The notes beneath the pieces are model-generated. The model saw only the letters and a program-made list of their open reading frames with translations, ran no database searches and had not been told where the DNA came from. Below, piece by piece: positions 1 to 11,593 of a stretch of DNA of 64,000 nucleotides. The translations under genes and the position numbers were made by a program. Within the stretch, counting starts at the first letter, position 1. Every line of letters starts with the position of its first letter. The stretch lies in contig CDROCS010001500.1 of NCBI GenBank assembly GCA_977020255.1, forward strand, positions 186,001 to 250,000, in the 5' to 3' direction. This DNA comes from Obrimoposthia wandeli (Eukaryota).

Positions 1-502
1 TATTAAAAAAATCTCATGATAGTTTGTGAAACCAAAAGCTCTTTAATTTTAATTTGTAAACTGATGAGATGTTAGAAATAATAAGTGATTCGAAAATTAT
101 TTATGGAAATGTGATAGTTATAAAAATCTGATTTTCTCTCAAACTCAATAAGAAATTAATAATTACCCACACAAACATCAAGAAGATAACTGACGATTTC
201 CGCTATTTGTTTGATCTCATCATGCCATTTTTCTCTTTAATAGCATCATATAATGTAAGCAATTGGGTTTATCAATTCGAACATTTTAAAGCATCGGTTA
301 AATGGTTAGTTTATATTTTTATTGAAAGTTTTTTTCAAAAGATATTTAACTATAAAGTTAGTTAATAAGAAGTTTGAAATAGAAAATTCATTATTTTTTA
401 CATATCCTTACATAAATTAAAAATTCTTTGATCTGTGATTTTATTTAGCCTTACCAAGTGATATCAAACTTATCAAATAATGGTTTTCTAAAAATATAAA
501 TA

Positions 503-1786
503 TGTTGGAAAAATATATTAGCTATTTGTTTAAAAAAGAAAAATAAAAATATAAAATTTTTAAAAAAAAAATAAAAGGTAAAAAGGAATTAATTAACTGA
601 AAATTAATTGGGAACTTTCCTTAATTAGGGAAAAGTTCTGATTTTTAAAAATGTGCACTTTGGCATTTTGTCTCGGGATAATCAATCTCCGACGGGAAAA
701 AAGCCCGTTTCGCCCTGCCGGGCTCATCAGGGAGATGGCTTGTTATCTCTGACTTCGCGGTGGATTCCGCGAAGCCAGAGATAACAATAATAAAGTCAGG
801 GAAAAGAGGGAAAGATTCCCCCTTTCATGTGCCGACGAATATCGTCGACATGTGATGTTAGTGTGCGCAAGTGCACAATTCAACACACACACACACTCAC
901 TCAACTTCCTTACTCACTCACAACTCACTCAACATTAACACTCACATACTCACTTACATACTCATCTCACTACTCACTCACAGCTAAAATGTGTTTATTT
1001 GTGTATGTGTGTTGATTTTGTTTTTTTCAGTTGTTGGAGTGTGGACATGCCGGATTTTTAGTCAATGGGCAGCGTTTTTGTGCCATTGCATTGGCACAGA
1101 TTACCAGTGGCAGGCAGAGATTGTGCACAAGTAACAAGAACAGTATGTGTGCAGCAGTTAGATATTTAAGCTGCACACTACTTGTGACTTTTCAGAATCA
1201 AAAAATTATCTTACAGAAAACGAAATTTGAATTCCCAAAAATTTTAACAATCAATTTTACCAATTGTGGAACTGATATATTGAAAATTTAACAATTAATT
1301 TTACCAATTGTGGAACTGATATATTGAAAATTTAACAATCAATTTTACCAATTGTGGAACTGATATATTGAAATTTTACCAATTGTGGAACTGATATTGA
1401 AAATTTAACAATTAATTTTACCAATTGTGGAACTGATATATTGAAAATTTAACAATCAATTTTACCAATTGTGGAACTGATATATTGAAATTTTACCAAT
1501 TGTGGAACTGATATATTGAAAATTTAACAATCAATTTTACCAATTGTGGAACTGATATATTGAAAATTTAACAATTAATTTTACCAATTGTGGAACTGAT
1601 ATATTGAAAATTTAACAATCAATTTTACCAATTGTGGAACTGATATATTGAAAATTTAACAATTAATTTTACCAATTGTGGAACTGATATATTGAAAATT
1701 TAACAATTAATTTTACCAATTGTGGAACTGATATTGAAGTTGATATATTGAATAAATATTATTTACTATTGTGGACTTTTATAACA
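503..1786 (+). repeat. 5' LTR of element 1 (1284 bp)
   Basis: Begins TGTTGGAAAAATATATTAG and ends GGACTTTTATAACA; matches 13528-14665. Confidence 0.95.
1243..1735 (+). repeat. Tandem array of a ~44-bp unit (TTAACAATCAATTTTACCAATTGTGGAACTGATATATTGAAAAT), with shorter variants, inside the 5' LTR
   Basis: About 12 head-to-tail copies read directly, with no unique spacers. Confidence 0.9.
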
Positions 1787-1787
1787 T

Positions 1788-1800
1788 TGGTGAGCCCGAA
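1788..1800 (+). other. Primer-binding-site-like sequence TGGTGAGCCCGAA
   Basis: TGG lies 1 nt after the LTR end, the position expected for complementarity to a tRNA 3' CCA. The priming tRNA was not identified. Confidence 0.7.
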
Positions 1801-2884
1801 GAGCGAGCACATTAAGATAATTTGCTCTGTTTTTTTTTGTTGTTGATATATTATTACTTATTCTAGTATTTTTTTTACTATTGTATTTATTTTACTATTT
1901 TACTATTTACTATTAAATTGTAGATTTTTGTTATTGTAGAATATCTGTATACTTTAAAATAGTTAGAACTAGAAGTATAACATAGGTTATTGTTGAAATA
2001 AATAACGTATATTTTCTTTAACATTGAAATATATTGTATATTCAGTACTCGTAGTAGTATTTTGAGTACTACATTTTAGATAAGTTCATATTAGGTTTAG
2101 TATTATAAAATACGTTTTATATATAGCTTGGATAAAATAATTCGATATTTTTGGAATTATTTATTAATTGTGGTAGAGGTACGGGATAAAAATACAAACC
2201 ACCAGATATTTATCGGGGTTTTATTGTTATTTTTGAGGACAAGTACATTGTCTTTAACTATTAAAGTAGAAATTTAGGACAAATAAGAACACATTTATAA
2301 AATAAATTTTTGCAGACGTGTTATTGAGTAAAATAATATATATTTAGGATTTTCACAAATTTATTTTAATATTTTTACTAATTCAAGTTAGAAATAAAAT
2401 ACACTAGGGTTAGCAAATTAACAAATTTTCATAGTTTTTGAAGCAATAGTTTTTGATTCAAAATTATCCTGTGGTTGATTGAAAATATATTAATAGTTTA
2501 TCTTAACATAATTTAAAATTAACAAATTTTCAATATCAGTTTTTAAAATAAAAATAGTGATAACAGATTTTACTTAAAGATATATTAATAAGTTAGAAAT
2601 TTTTCTATTACTTTGGTTGAAAGTGCAGCTCAAATCACGGTAATCGATTATCATAAGGCCGAGCTGTATTTTGATCACAGAGCAGAAATAATTCCTGACT
2701 GTTTTTAAAAATTCATTTATTTAAATATAAAATTTATTTAATCGTTGTCAATAAAACTAGACAACAATATATAAACACATAAATTAATTTTCGACCCAGT
2801 ACGCAGGATAATAGTGAACAATACACAAAGATTTCAAAATCTAAACGTAGTGCTAATCTTCACTGGAGACGCATTCAGACTAGA

Positions 2885-3955
2885 TTGGTAAGAACTAACA
2901 CAAGTGAAACACTACCACAGAGACCTAAATCCCAGATAAATTTTAGAACAAATAACGAATTTTTCCCTGAAACTCCGTTAGTTCACCAACACACGGATCG
3001 CTTAATTTCAACCGACTCTGAAAGCCAAGGCCTGACATCAAATTCGGATACAGAAAGTTTATCCTTACCACAAACATCTGACTCAGACAACTCGTCAGAA
3101 ACATCAGATACAGTGGCAGAACCAGTACCACCTAACATAGAAATAAATAACGAACAAATAAACGAAGTACCTCAAATGGCAAATCATAGATTAAACATAC
3201 CACTAGACGCATTTAATGGCGATAAATCATCTTTACCAGAATTCTTGAATAGATATGATTTTTTTGCTCAAGCATTCAAATGGACAGACCTAGAAAAACT
3301 TAGAGTTTTTCCAGCATACCTAAAAGGCACTGCCCTAACCATTTATAGAGGACTAACAAATCTACAAAAAGACACATGGGAACACTTAGTCCAGCATTTC
3401 CAAAATATGGTTTTAGGAGCACAGTCCGACCAGAACTACTTAAATCAATTTAGACAACGAGAGCAACATGTAGGAGAACCCACAAATATATTCGCAGTCG
3501 AATTACGACGACTTGCATTAAAATCTTTTCCCGAAATAGAAGAAGCACAAAGAGAACGATTACTTTTACATCAATTTTTACATGGATTAAATAACAAAAT
3601 TAGAGATCACCCTGCCTTACTAGAAGTAGAAAACTTTCAACAGGCTATAGGAAAAGCTCAACTAGTAGAAGCAAGACTGAATATGATACAGCAAACCGAA
3701 GTTTCAGCATTATCTTTTGAAAAAATAGAACGACCACAAACGCCACCAAACTACAACCAATCTAGGAATTTTAACCAAGATACTCAATATAATTTTCAAA
3801 ATCCTCAACAATTTAGACCACCAATAAATAATTTTTATAGAAACCAGACAAACAGAAATTTTGCAAACTCACAATTTACACAAAAGATCTTTTCAAAAAT
3901 GCACAAATTGTGGACTCCAAAACCATACAATAGAAAATTGTCGAAAATTAAGTAA
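2885..3955 (+). CDS. gag: Gag capsid region of element 1
   Basis: First long ORF after the 5' leader. FNGDKSSLPEFLNRYDFFAQAFKW...YLKGTAL and LLHQFLHGL resemble the retrotransposon gag capsid domain. The last ~30 aa are out of frame with the knuckle ORF. Confidence 0.85.
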   Translation: MVRTNTSETLPQRPKSQINFRTNNEFFPETPLVHQHTDRLISTDSESQGLTSNSDTESLSLPQTSDSDNSSETSDTVAEPVPPNIEINNEQINEVPQMANHRLNIPLDAFNGDKSSLPEFLNRYDFFAQAFKWTDLEKLRVFPAYLKGTALTIYRGLTNLQKDTWEHLVQHFQNMVLGAQSDQNYLNQFRQREQHVGEPTNIFAVELRRLALKSFPEIEEAQRERLLLHQFLHGLNNKIRDHPALLEVENFQQAIGKAQLVEARLNMIQQTEVSALSFEKIERPQTPPNYNQSRNFNQDTQYNFQNPQQFRPPINNFYRNQTNRNFANSQFTQKIFSKMHKLWTPKPYNRKLSKIK

Positions 3956-5675
3956 CATAAAATTTTGCAGATTTTGCAAAAAAGACAATCACACAATTGA
4001 AACTTGTAGAAAATTAATAAATAGACAGAGTAATAATACACTACCAAGGAATAATAACTTCAATAAACCAAATAATTATGACAATAATCAAAATAGATAT
4101 TTTAATAATGATACAAAATTTTGTAAGATTTGTAATATGAAAAATCACAACACCGATGACTGTGGAAAATTAAACACAATGATGAATCAATTTGGAAAAC
4201 ACAACAATAAAACAACCACAAGTTCAAAAACAGTACAATTCAGTACTCAAGATCAACAATATACCCCAAGAAACCCTATTCACACTATAGAAAATACAGA
4301 AACAACTCCAAACACAGACGAATTAGCATTGTTAAAATTACGACTTAAAGAAATGGATAATCGCTACAAAGAAATACACCAACAATGCCATAACAGTGAA
4401 CCACAAACAGATAGAACAAACTTACAATCTGAATTTGGAGACATGTTTAGAGATGGTTGTTTGACATTACAAAAAAATAAATATACAATCACAAAAACAA
4501 ACCAAACTACTCAAACACAAGAAAAGAAAGTAAAACACAAGAAAAATCGTAAAACAATAAAAAATCAAAAAACTAAAATTTTTAAGAATACAAATAATCT
4601 TAATAAAATGATGAAAAAATTATGGAAAATTATTCAGATAATATTAATAATATGTCTAATTATGAACATGATAAAACCAATTAATGCTTTAGAAGCATAT
4701 GATTGTTCAAAATATAAAATCCAAAATAAATATTATTTAATGGATTTACAGCAATGTGCAGACGCTGACCCAAATGAGGTAAAAATCCAAAATACTAAGT
4801 TATATCAAGTATATCAGGAAACAGATTTCATATATGCAGAAGTTTTCGAATGTAGAGTACATGTAGAGACATTTATAACATATTTTGGACAACATAGTCA
4901 CAATTCAATAGTAAAACCAGCATTTGGAAAAACACCAATAATAGTTGACGCTTTAAATTGTAAAGATGCTTTCGCAACAGGAGAATTGAGAATAGATAGG
5001 GAGATTAAAGTCCGAGCGGCGAAAAATAAAATAATTCAACAAATTATATCAGTTGTAGGTACGATTAAATCTGATGGGGAATGTACAACAGGAACTTATG
5101 TCGTAATGGGAGTTAAGCAAAGTGGTTTAGTAGTTATTAAAAATTTTGAAGTCGAACTAAGAACTTTCAAAGCAACATTCAACCCTTCTACAAACACAAT
5201 GGTAACAATGCCATTTTGTGAAGCAAACACGGGTTCTTCAATACTTTACTACAAAGTAAAAATCGATCAATGTAAATTAATACATTTAAAATCAGAAACT
5301 TTTCAAATAATTCAAGGAAAAAGATTTAGAGATGATCCGGAACTAGATCAACAAATTCCAAAGGACATACACAAAAAATATAGAACTAGAAAAATACGTA
5401 AAACACCAACTCCAACTATATTAATGTCTATTGAACAAGGTTCAGGAATGCGATTTATTAAAAAGAAAGAGGAATCCCGATGCGGACACTCTGTTTATAC
5501 AACTAATTATAAAGGAATATATTTAAGTAATGAAAAAATACATAATGCAAAAACGACACCAACTAAATTTGATATTAAAAATTATGATTATTTTAACAAT
5601 AAATTAGATTATTTTTATCACAAAGGACTAATGACAATAGAAGCAATATATAGAGAAACTATAATGAATGATTGA
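3861..5675 (+). CDS. env: Gag nucleocapsid (3 CCHC knuckles) fused in frame, through an internal signal-like segment, to the N-terminal part of a chuvirus/gB-like envelope glycoprotein
   Basis: Knuckles CTNCGLQNHTIENC, CRFCKKDNHTIETC and CKICNMKNHNTDDC; hydrophobic LWKIIQIILIICLIMNMIKPINA; then AYDC...QC...ECRVHVETFITYFGQHSH, matching the YDC...CGMHSH signature of chuvirus-type glycoproteins. Confidence 0.8.
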   Translation: MQTHNLHKRSFQKCTNCGLQNHTIENCRKLSNIKFCRFCKKDNHTIETCRKLINRQSNNTLPRNNNFNKPNNYDNNQNRYFNNDTKFCKICNMKNHNTDDCGKLNTMMNQFGKHNNKTTTSSKTVQFSTQDQQYTPRNPIHTIENTETTPNTDELALLKLRLKEMDNRYKEIHQQCHNSEPQTDRTNLQSEFGDMFRDGCLTLQKNKYTITKTNQTTQTQEKKVKHKKNRKTIKNQKTKIFKNTNNLNKMMKKLWKIIQIILIICLIMNMIKPINALEAYDCSKYKIQNKYYLMDLQQCADADPNEVKIQNTKLYQVYQETDFIYAEVFECRVHVETFITYFGQHSHNSIVKPAFGKTPIIVDALNCKDAFATGELRIDREIKVRAAKNKIIQQIISVVGTIKSDGECTTGTYVVMGVKQSGLVVIKNFEVELRTFKATFNPSTNTMVTMPFCEANTGSSILYYKVKIDQCKLIHLKSETFQIIQGKRFRDDPELDQQIPKDIHKKYRTRKIRKTPTPTILMSIEQGSGMRFIKKKEESRCGHSVYTTNYKGIYLSNEKIHNAKTTPTKFDIKNYDYFNNKLDYFYHKGLMTIEAIYRETIMND

Positions 5676-6470
5676 AAATTAAATCAGGAAATATTAAAAA
5701 CGAAATTGGCAATTATTGCAACTAACCCAGAATTAATAACACCATTATTACCATTAGCTGACGGTACTTTTGGAAGAGTAATGGGAGAAGTGTTATACAC
5801 TTATCAATGTAAAATGTAATAGTTAACATAAGAAATCATCAAAAATGTACAAAAGAATTACCAATTTCTTACAAAAATAATTCATTATTTGTAGAACCAA
5901 TCACTAGAATTATACTTTTTAACACTTTTAGCATAAAAGAAATAAACTGCTCAAACATAATGGCACCTCATTATCAAATTTCAAAAGATATTTGGATTTC
6001 ACTTCCAAGAAGAGATATTGTCGCAGAACCACAAAAATTACAATTAACCACTCTCAGCAACGATATCAATATACAATCAGATAACGAATTAAACACAAAA
6101 GGAATTTATATACAGGAAGATATAGATAAGTTAAGAAAATAAATTTTATTTCCACAAATAAGATCCAGAATTTTAACACAAATCATAGAAAGATCAGTAC
6201 CTGACGGAATTAGCCGTCCCGATTATGACTTATTACTTTCTCCAAATCATTTTATAAAAGCCACTAAAAACACCATGTCAAAAATATGGGGTAAATTTTA
6301 ATTTTTGGACAAGCATTTTCTGGATTAGTTGAATATATGCTCTATTAATTTGTTTTAAGATTCTTCTAAGTCAAATTTTATCAACATATTATATTTATAA
6401 AGTTGGAGGATTAACATGGAAATTAATCTTAGGATGTTTCCCATTTTTGGCAAAATTCCTTATTTTTAAT
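5676..6470 (+). pseudogene. env: C-terminal part of the gB-like envelope, including the membrane anchor (disrupted by stops and frameshifts)
   Basis: Reading on past the TGA gives KLNQEILKTKLAIIATNPEL...GEVLYTYQC. Later segments read CTKELPISYKN, FVEPITRII, CSNIMAPHYQI and LNTKGIYIQEDIDKLR, followed by hydrophobic segments at ~6290-6470; all are collinear with chuvirus-type G. Confidence 0.75.
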
Positions 6471-6660
6471 CATCATCAAAAACATAGTAAACACATTATC
6501 AAATGAAATGCGAGAAACAAATATACAAAAAATTACAAGTACCAAAGAAACAGAAAAACGGAATCTTCACAATATCCTGATTTAGAAAAATATATAGATA
6601 AAACAACTATACAAAAATCAACTGCACCAACAATATATACTATAAATCAAAAAAGATAAC

Positions 6661-6900
6661 GATAAACGACCATATGTAAAGGTAGAAATTAACGAATATA
6701 AACTTAAAGCTTTAATTGACACAGGATCAATCGTAACAGTTTTAGACGAATCTTTCTTAAAAACACAACAAAAATTACTTTCTTCTTAAGGAAAATAGTC
6801 AAGTCACAGCAGCAAACGGTCAACCCGTAGATATAATAGGAAAATTAGACTGTCTTTTAAAATAGGAAATAAATTCATAAAAATACCTACAAGAATAATG
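6661..6900 (+). pseudogene. pol: Retropepsin aspartic protease (frameshifted)
   Basis: RPYVKVEINEYKLKALIDTGSIVTV (DTG motif near 6718), with IIGID downstream. Confidence 0.85.
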
Positions 6901-6917
6901 AAAATTGTCCTTGCCAA

Positions 6918-7364
6918 ATGATCATAGGAATAGATACATTAAGAAGATTAGGAAATACTTCCACTTTGATTTTGAAAAATCAAATAAAAGACATTTACAG
7001 ACCTAACGCTAAAGATGAATACGAGTTAGAAATAAAAGGAGATATCATTCTCCAACCAAGAACAGAAACAATGTTACAACTAGAAACTAACATAATCACA
7101 GAAAAAGATGTATTATTTGAACCTTATAAATATCAACAAGAAACCTTGAACTACGTTTTGCCAAATATAATTTGTAAAATAAAAAACAACACAATACCAA
7201 TCAGAATCCTAAATGCAGACATTAATGAAATTCATCTCAAGGAAGGAGTACGTCTTGGAAAAATAAGTGTTATTGAAAATATTGAATTAATAGATAATGA
7301 AAAAATAGAAGATAAATCTACGATAAATTTTAACGATATTAAATTAAATGATTATGAAAAATAA
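6918..7364 (+). CDS. pol: End of the protease plus the PR-RT linker (dUTPase-like beta-rich linker seen in some gypsy clades)
   Basis: Pattern ILQPRTE...LFEP...IPIRILN...IHLKEGVRLGKI; lies between PR and RT. Confidence 0.55.
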   Translation: MIIGIDTLRRLGNTSTLILKNQIKDIYRPNAKDEYELEIKGDIILQPRTETMLQLETNIITEKDVLFEPYKYQQETLNYVLPNIICKIKNNTIPIRILNADINEIHLKEGVRLGKISVIENIELIDNEKIEDKSTINFNDIKLNDYEK

Positions 7365-7436
7365 AAACTTAAAACTTTAACAGAAAAATATGATGTAATA
7401 TTTGCTAAAAATGAATACGATTTAGGTCGAACAAAT

Positions 7437-9071
7437 TTGATTAAACATAATCTTCCGTTAACAACAAACACCGCAATAAAACAACGACCCTACCGAATTC
7501 CATATGCCTACAGAGATGAGGCTCAAAGACAAATAAAAGGAATGTTAGAAAACGAAATTGTTAGAAGAAGTTTTTCTGCATGGACATCACCTGTTGTTTT
7601 ATTAAAAAGGAAAGATGGTTCTTTGAGATTTTGCGTAGACTACAGAAAACTAAACGAAGTCACTCACAAAGATACTTATCCACTGCCAAGAATTGATGAA
7701 ATATTAGACAAACTAAAAAATGCACAAGTATTTACAACTTTAGATTTACAGAGTGGATACTGGCAAATAGAAATTGAGGAGTCAGATAAATATAAAACAG
7801 CTTTCTCAACAGGAGAAGGATTGTATGAATTCAATGTCTTACCATTTGGATTAACCGAAGCTCCAGCAACATTTCAGAGATGTATGAGCTATATTTTAAT
7901 GGATGCAGATCACGTAATGGTATATATCGACGACATTATTATTTTTTCAAAAAATTTTGAAGAACATTTAAAAGATTTAGAAAACGTATTCTTTAGATTA
8001 CAGGTAGCAGGATTAAAACTAAAACCAAAGAAATGTGAATGGATAAAAGATAAAGTAAATTACTTAGGACATGCTGTATCAGCAAAAGGAATACAACCAG
8101 ACGAGAGTAATGTAGAAAAGATTAAAAATTTTCCAATCCCAAAAACAGCAAAAAATATACAGGAATTTTTAGGGCTTGCAGGATATTATCGAAGATTTAT
8201 TAGAAATTTCGCACAAATAGCAATACCATTAAATAAACTTATTAAAAAAGATGAAAAATTTGAATGGGAAAAAGAACAACAAGAATCTTATGAATATTTA
8301 AAACAAAAATTAATCGAAAAACCTATACTTAGATATCCTAATTTTAATAACTCATTTTTAGTTATGACTGACGCCAGAGGTTATGCGTTAAGAGCAGTTT
8401 TAGGACAACAGGAAAATAACGAAAAAGATCATGTGATAGCATATGCGAGCAGAGGTCTTAAAAAACATGAAAAGAATTACTCAACGATAGAAAGAGAATG
8501 CCTAGCTATTTGCTTCGCAATGGAACATTTTAAACATTACTTATTAGGTCGAAAGGTTTATGTTTACACAGATCAAAGACCATTACAATGGCTTTTAAAT
8601 CATAAGGATACAACATCTAGATTAATGAGATGGGCATTGATTTTACAAAAATATGATATTGAAATAAAATATAGAAAAGGAAAATCTAACGCTAATGCAG
8701 ATTGTCTATCACGAATAAGAGAAGAAATAAACGAAATAACTGCAAACGACATCGAATTAAATCTTTTTACAATAATTCAAGCTAAATATGATGAAAAAGT
8801 AATTACTAAACTTCAAAGCAAAGATAATGAAATTCAGCAAATAACTAAATACATTAGCACAAACGAAGTACCAACAGATGAAAAATTAAGAAAACATTTA
8901 AAAATTCACGAATCACGATACAAATATAGTAATGAAATATTATATTATTTAAATGACAAAAATCTATATTCACTAGTTATTCCTAAAGAAATTCAGTGTC
9001 AATTACTTCTTCAATATCATAATGGAGCGCTAGGAGGACATTTATCATCAAAAAGACACATTCACGATTAA
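7437..9071 (+). CDS. pol: Reverse transcriptase + RNase H + start of integrase
   Basis: QRPYRIP, LRFCVDYRKLN, LPFGL and YIDD motifs; RNase H VMTDA...IAYASR...ERECLA...TDQRPL...NANADCLSR; HNGALGGH marks the start of the integrase HHCC domain. Confidence 0.97.
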   Translation: MIKHNLPLTTNTAIKQRPYRIPYAYRDEAQRQIKGMLENEIVRRSFSAWTSPVVLLKRKDGSLRFCVDYRKLNEVTHKDTYPLPRIDEILDKLKNAQVFTTLDLQSGYWQIEIEESDKYKTAFSTGEGLYEFNVLPFGLTEAPATFQRCMSYILMDADHVMVYIDDIIIFSKNFEEHLKDLENVFFRLQVAGLKLKPKKCEWIKDKVNYLGHAVSAKGIQPDESNVEKIKNFPIPKTAKNIQEFLGLAGYYRRFIRNFAQIAIPLNKLIKKDEKFEWEKEQQESYEYLKQKLIEKPILRYPNFNNSFLVMTDARGYALRAVLGQQENNEKDHVIAYASRGLKKHEKNYSTIERECLAICFAMEHFKHYLLGRKVYVYTDQRPLQWLLNHKDTTSRLMRWALILQKYDIEIKYRKGKSNANADCLSRIREEINEITANDIELNLFTIIQAKYDEKVITKLQSKDNEIQQITKYISTNEVPTDEKLRKHLKIHESRYKYSNEILYYLNDKNLYSLVIPKEIQCQLLLQYHNGALGGHLSSKRHIHD

Positions 9072-10053
9072 ATTTAAAATACTATTGGATTGACATGAAA
9101 GAAGATGTAAAAAATTGGTAAAACATATGAAATATGTCTTAAACGGAAAAATACTTTACGTATCACAAAATATCTTTAAAACCAATACCTTAATCATCAG
9201 GCACCATGGAAACTGTTGCCATGGATGTAATGGGAACTGTACCTGAAACGACCCGCGGAAATAGTTTTATGATAGTATTTTCGGATTATTTTTCAATATG
9301 GCCGGAGGCTTTTCCAACTTATGATCATAAGGCTGAAACCATCGCGAAGGTTTTAGTCGAAAAATTATTTTTTACTTTCGGTGCACCCCGAAATTATTAA
9401 CCGACAAAGGTCCTGAATTTATAAATAATGTATTAGCGTCAATAGCTGAAATTTTTCACATTAAAAACTGACGGGTTAGTAGAAAGATTTAATAGAACCC
9501 TCGAAGATAATATTGATGCATCATACACAAACAACAACCAAACAGATTGGGATTTACACATACCTCCATGCCTTTTTTGCATATAGACATCAGTACATGC
9601 ATTCACAGGAGAAACACCTTTTATCTTATGTTCCTCAGAGATCCTCAAATGCCTATTGACCTAAAAATTACTACAACCTACTACACAATACTTTAGAAAT
9701 ACCTGAATATAAAATAGAAATTAGAGAAAAAATAAAACTAACATTCGAAAAAGCTAAACCATTTTTAAAAAACATACAAGAAAATTACAAAGAATATTAT
9801 GATAGAAGAACTAAGCCATCAAATATTAAAAAGCGGAAGTAAAGTGATGATTCACAATCCACAAATTAATGTAGGATTGTCTCACAAATTATCAAAGCCA
9901 TACAAAGGACCATATACAGTCATTAGTACCAACGGAACCAACATAACAGCTAAACTAGATAATGAACCAAAATCAAAAGAAATAAGAGCACATATAAACA
10001 GATGTCGAGAAATACCTGAGGAGAATACAAAAGTAAAAAAGTCACAAATATAA
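9072..10053 (+). pseudogene. pol: Integrase core and GPY/F domain (several frameshifts)
   Basis: Fragments PWETVAMDVMG, TDKGPEF, VERFNRTL and YKGPYTV in different frames. Confidence 0.88.
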
Positions 10054-10128
10054 CTTAAGATCAACTAATGATAATACAGTTCTACAAATGTTGACAATAA
10101 AAACTCACAAAAACAAAATAAAACTATT

Positions 10129-11398
10129 TTGAGTCATCAAACCCGAAATACAATAAAAATATCAATAAAAGAAATTGGTAAAATAATGATGTTATTGATA
10201 ATATATTTTACAATAAAATATAACCTACTGAAAGTAAACGCAACAAACATAAATGACAATCAATCAATCATACAACAACAGACAAATAAATTCGACTCAA
10301 CAACTCATCTCATAAAAAATTTTGGATTAATAACAATACTACCTGAAATCACATCAATAAAGTTAAAAAATTTCTCTTTTACAAACAAAACAGGAAATGT
10401 GCAAATCACACAAACAGATAGAAAACAAAATATAATTATTTCAGGAATAAAATCACAAAAAATATACAATACCATTTTTTAAGAACAGAAACACAATATA
10501 AAATAAGAATTAAGTCGAAATTAAAAACATATAACACTCTATGAAAGAATTATAGAAACTCATATATACCTAGCATCAATATTAAAAACAACAGCAAAAT
10601 ATATATCAAAACATAAAATAATGATAAAATGGGAATTTCAACTAAAAATAGATGACTTAGATAAAGCCCTCATTAGAATTAGATATAGAGGACACAATGC
10701 TAATTTTTGGAAAGACTCAGAAAAACAATTAGAAAATACACAAACTAAAACAAATTTAACCATAGAAAATATAAGATATCCAGAGAAAATAATAATAGAC
10801 AATAGAGAATGCGTAATCACTAATAAACCAATAATGTACAGACAATGGAGTCAAAAGTTTGAAAGTTATAAAAATCTAACAAAATTAACAATTTTAGGAA
10901 ATAAGATATCCAAACTATATCAACCTACAATTTCGTTGGTCAGCAGTAAAAATTAAGAAATATGTTAAAGAAATAACCACAAAACAATTGCTACATACCA
11001 CAACATTTACATCAAAAATTTACAGAGTTACAAATCAAGTTGAAATTACGGAAAAAATAAGAATTAAATTAAAATTAAAAACAACAGAAATAATATCCCA
11101 TAAATCATTTAATGAAAGTTTAAAAGTGCACTATGGTAAACAAGAACATTCAAGGAATGAAAATAAAAAAGAACTTATAATAATAGTTATAGTAATCGAA
11201 ATAATTACATTTATAAATCAAATATCATGGAAAATGTTAATTTTGAAACATACAAAAATGATAGAAACAAAACAACGAAAACACTTTTGTGGGCCCCCAG
11301 GCCCTTTTACTATTTATATTATTCCCAAGGATGAGAATTCTTCAGAATTATCCATAAATACGGTAATAGAAAATAGAAAAAGAAATATAACACAATAA
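10129..11398 (+). pseudogene. Accessory ORF-A: putative type I membrane glycoprotein (stops and one frameshift)
   Basis: 10129-10482 and 10621-10956 share a frame; 10988-11398 is shifted. N-terminal hydrophobic IMMLLIIYFTI, C-proximal hydrophobic LIIIVIVIEIITFI, and several N-X-S/T sequons. Confidence 0.4.
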
Positions 11399-11593
11399 TC
11401 AAATCCTTTTTAGATAAAACCGTTTAAGTAACAAAAAATGTTAGTACTATTATGTAAATCTAAATTAATTAGGAAATAGAATAAAAATTTGATATAAATA
11501 TATTTTTAAAGACGATTTAATGAAATAATATTAAAATAAAATCACCAGGAAACGCACCCTGAAATTTAATAATGGTTATTTTTAGATATAAAA

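Noticed and set aside
827-1291. Short ORFs duplicated at 13823-14287
   Set aside because: They are identical only because they lie in the LTRs; low-complexity CA/CT-rich sequence with non-ATG starts.
1243-1735. Regular repeats resembling a CRISPR array
   Set aside because: Units are head-to-tail with no unique spacers, there are no cas genes, and the context is a eukaryotic LTR.
3861-3955. Programmed ribosomal frameshift between gag capsid and the knuckle/env ORF
   Set aside because: The shift is +1, not -1; it splits capsid from nucleocapsid; and the element has many other 1-nt indels, so mutation or sequencing error is more likely.
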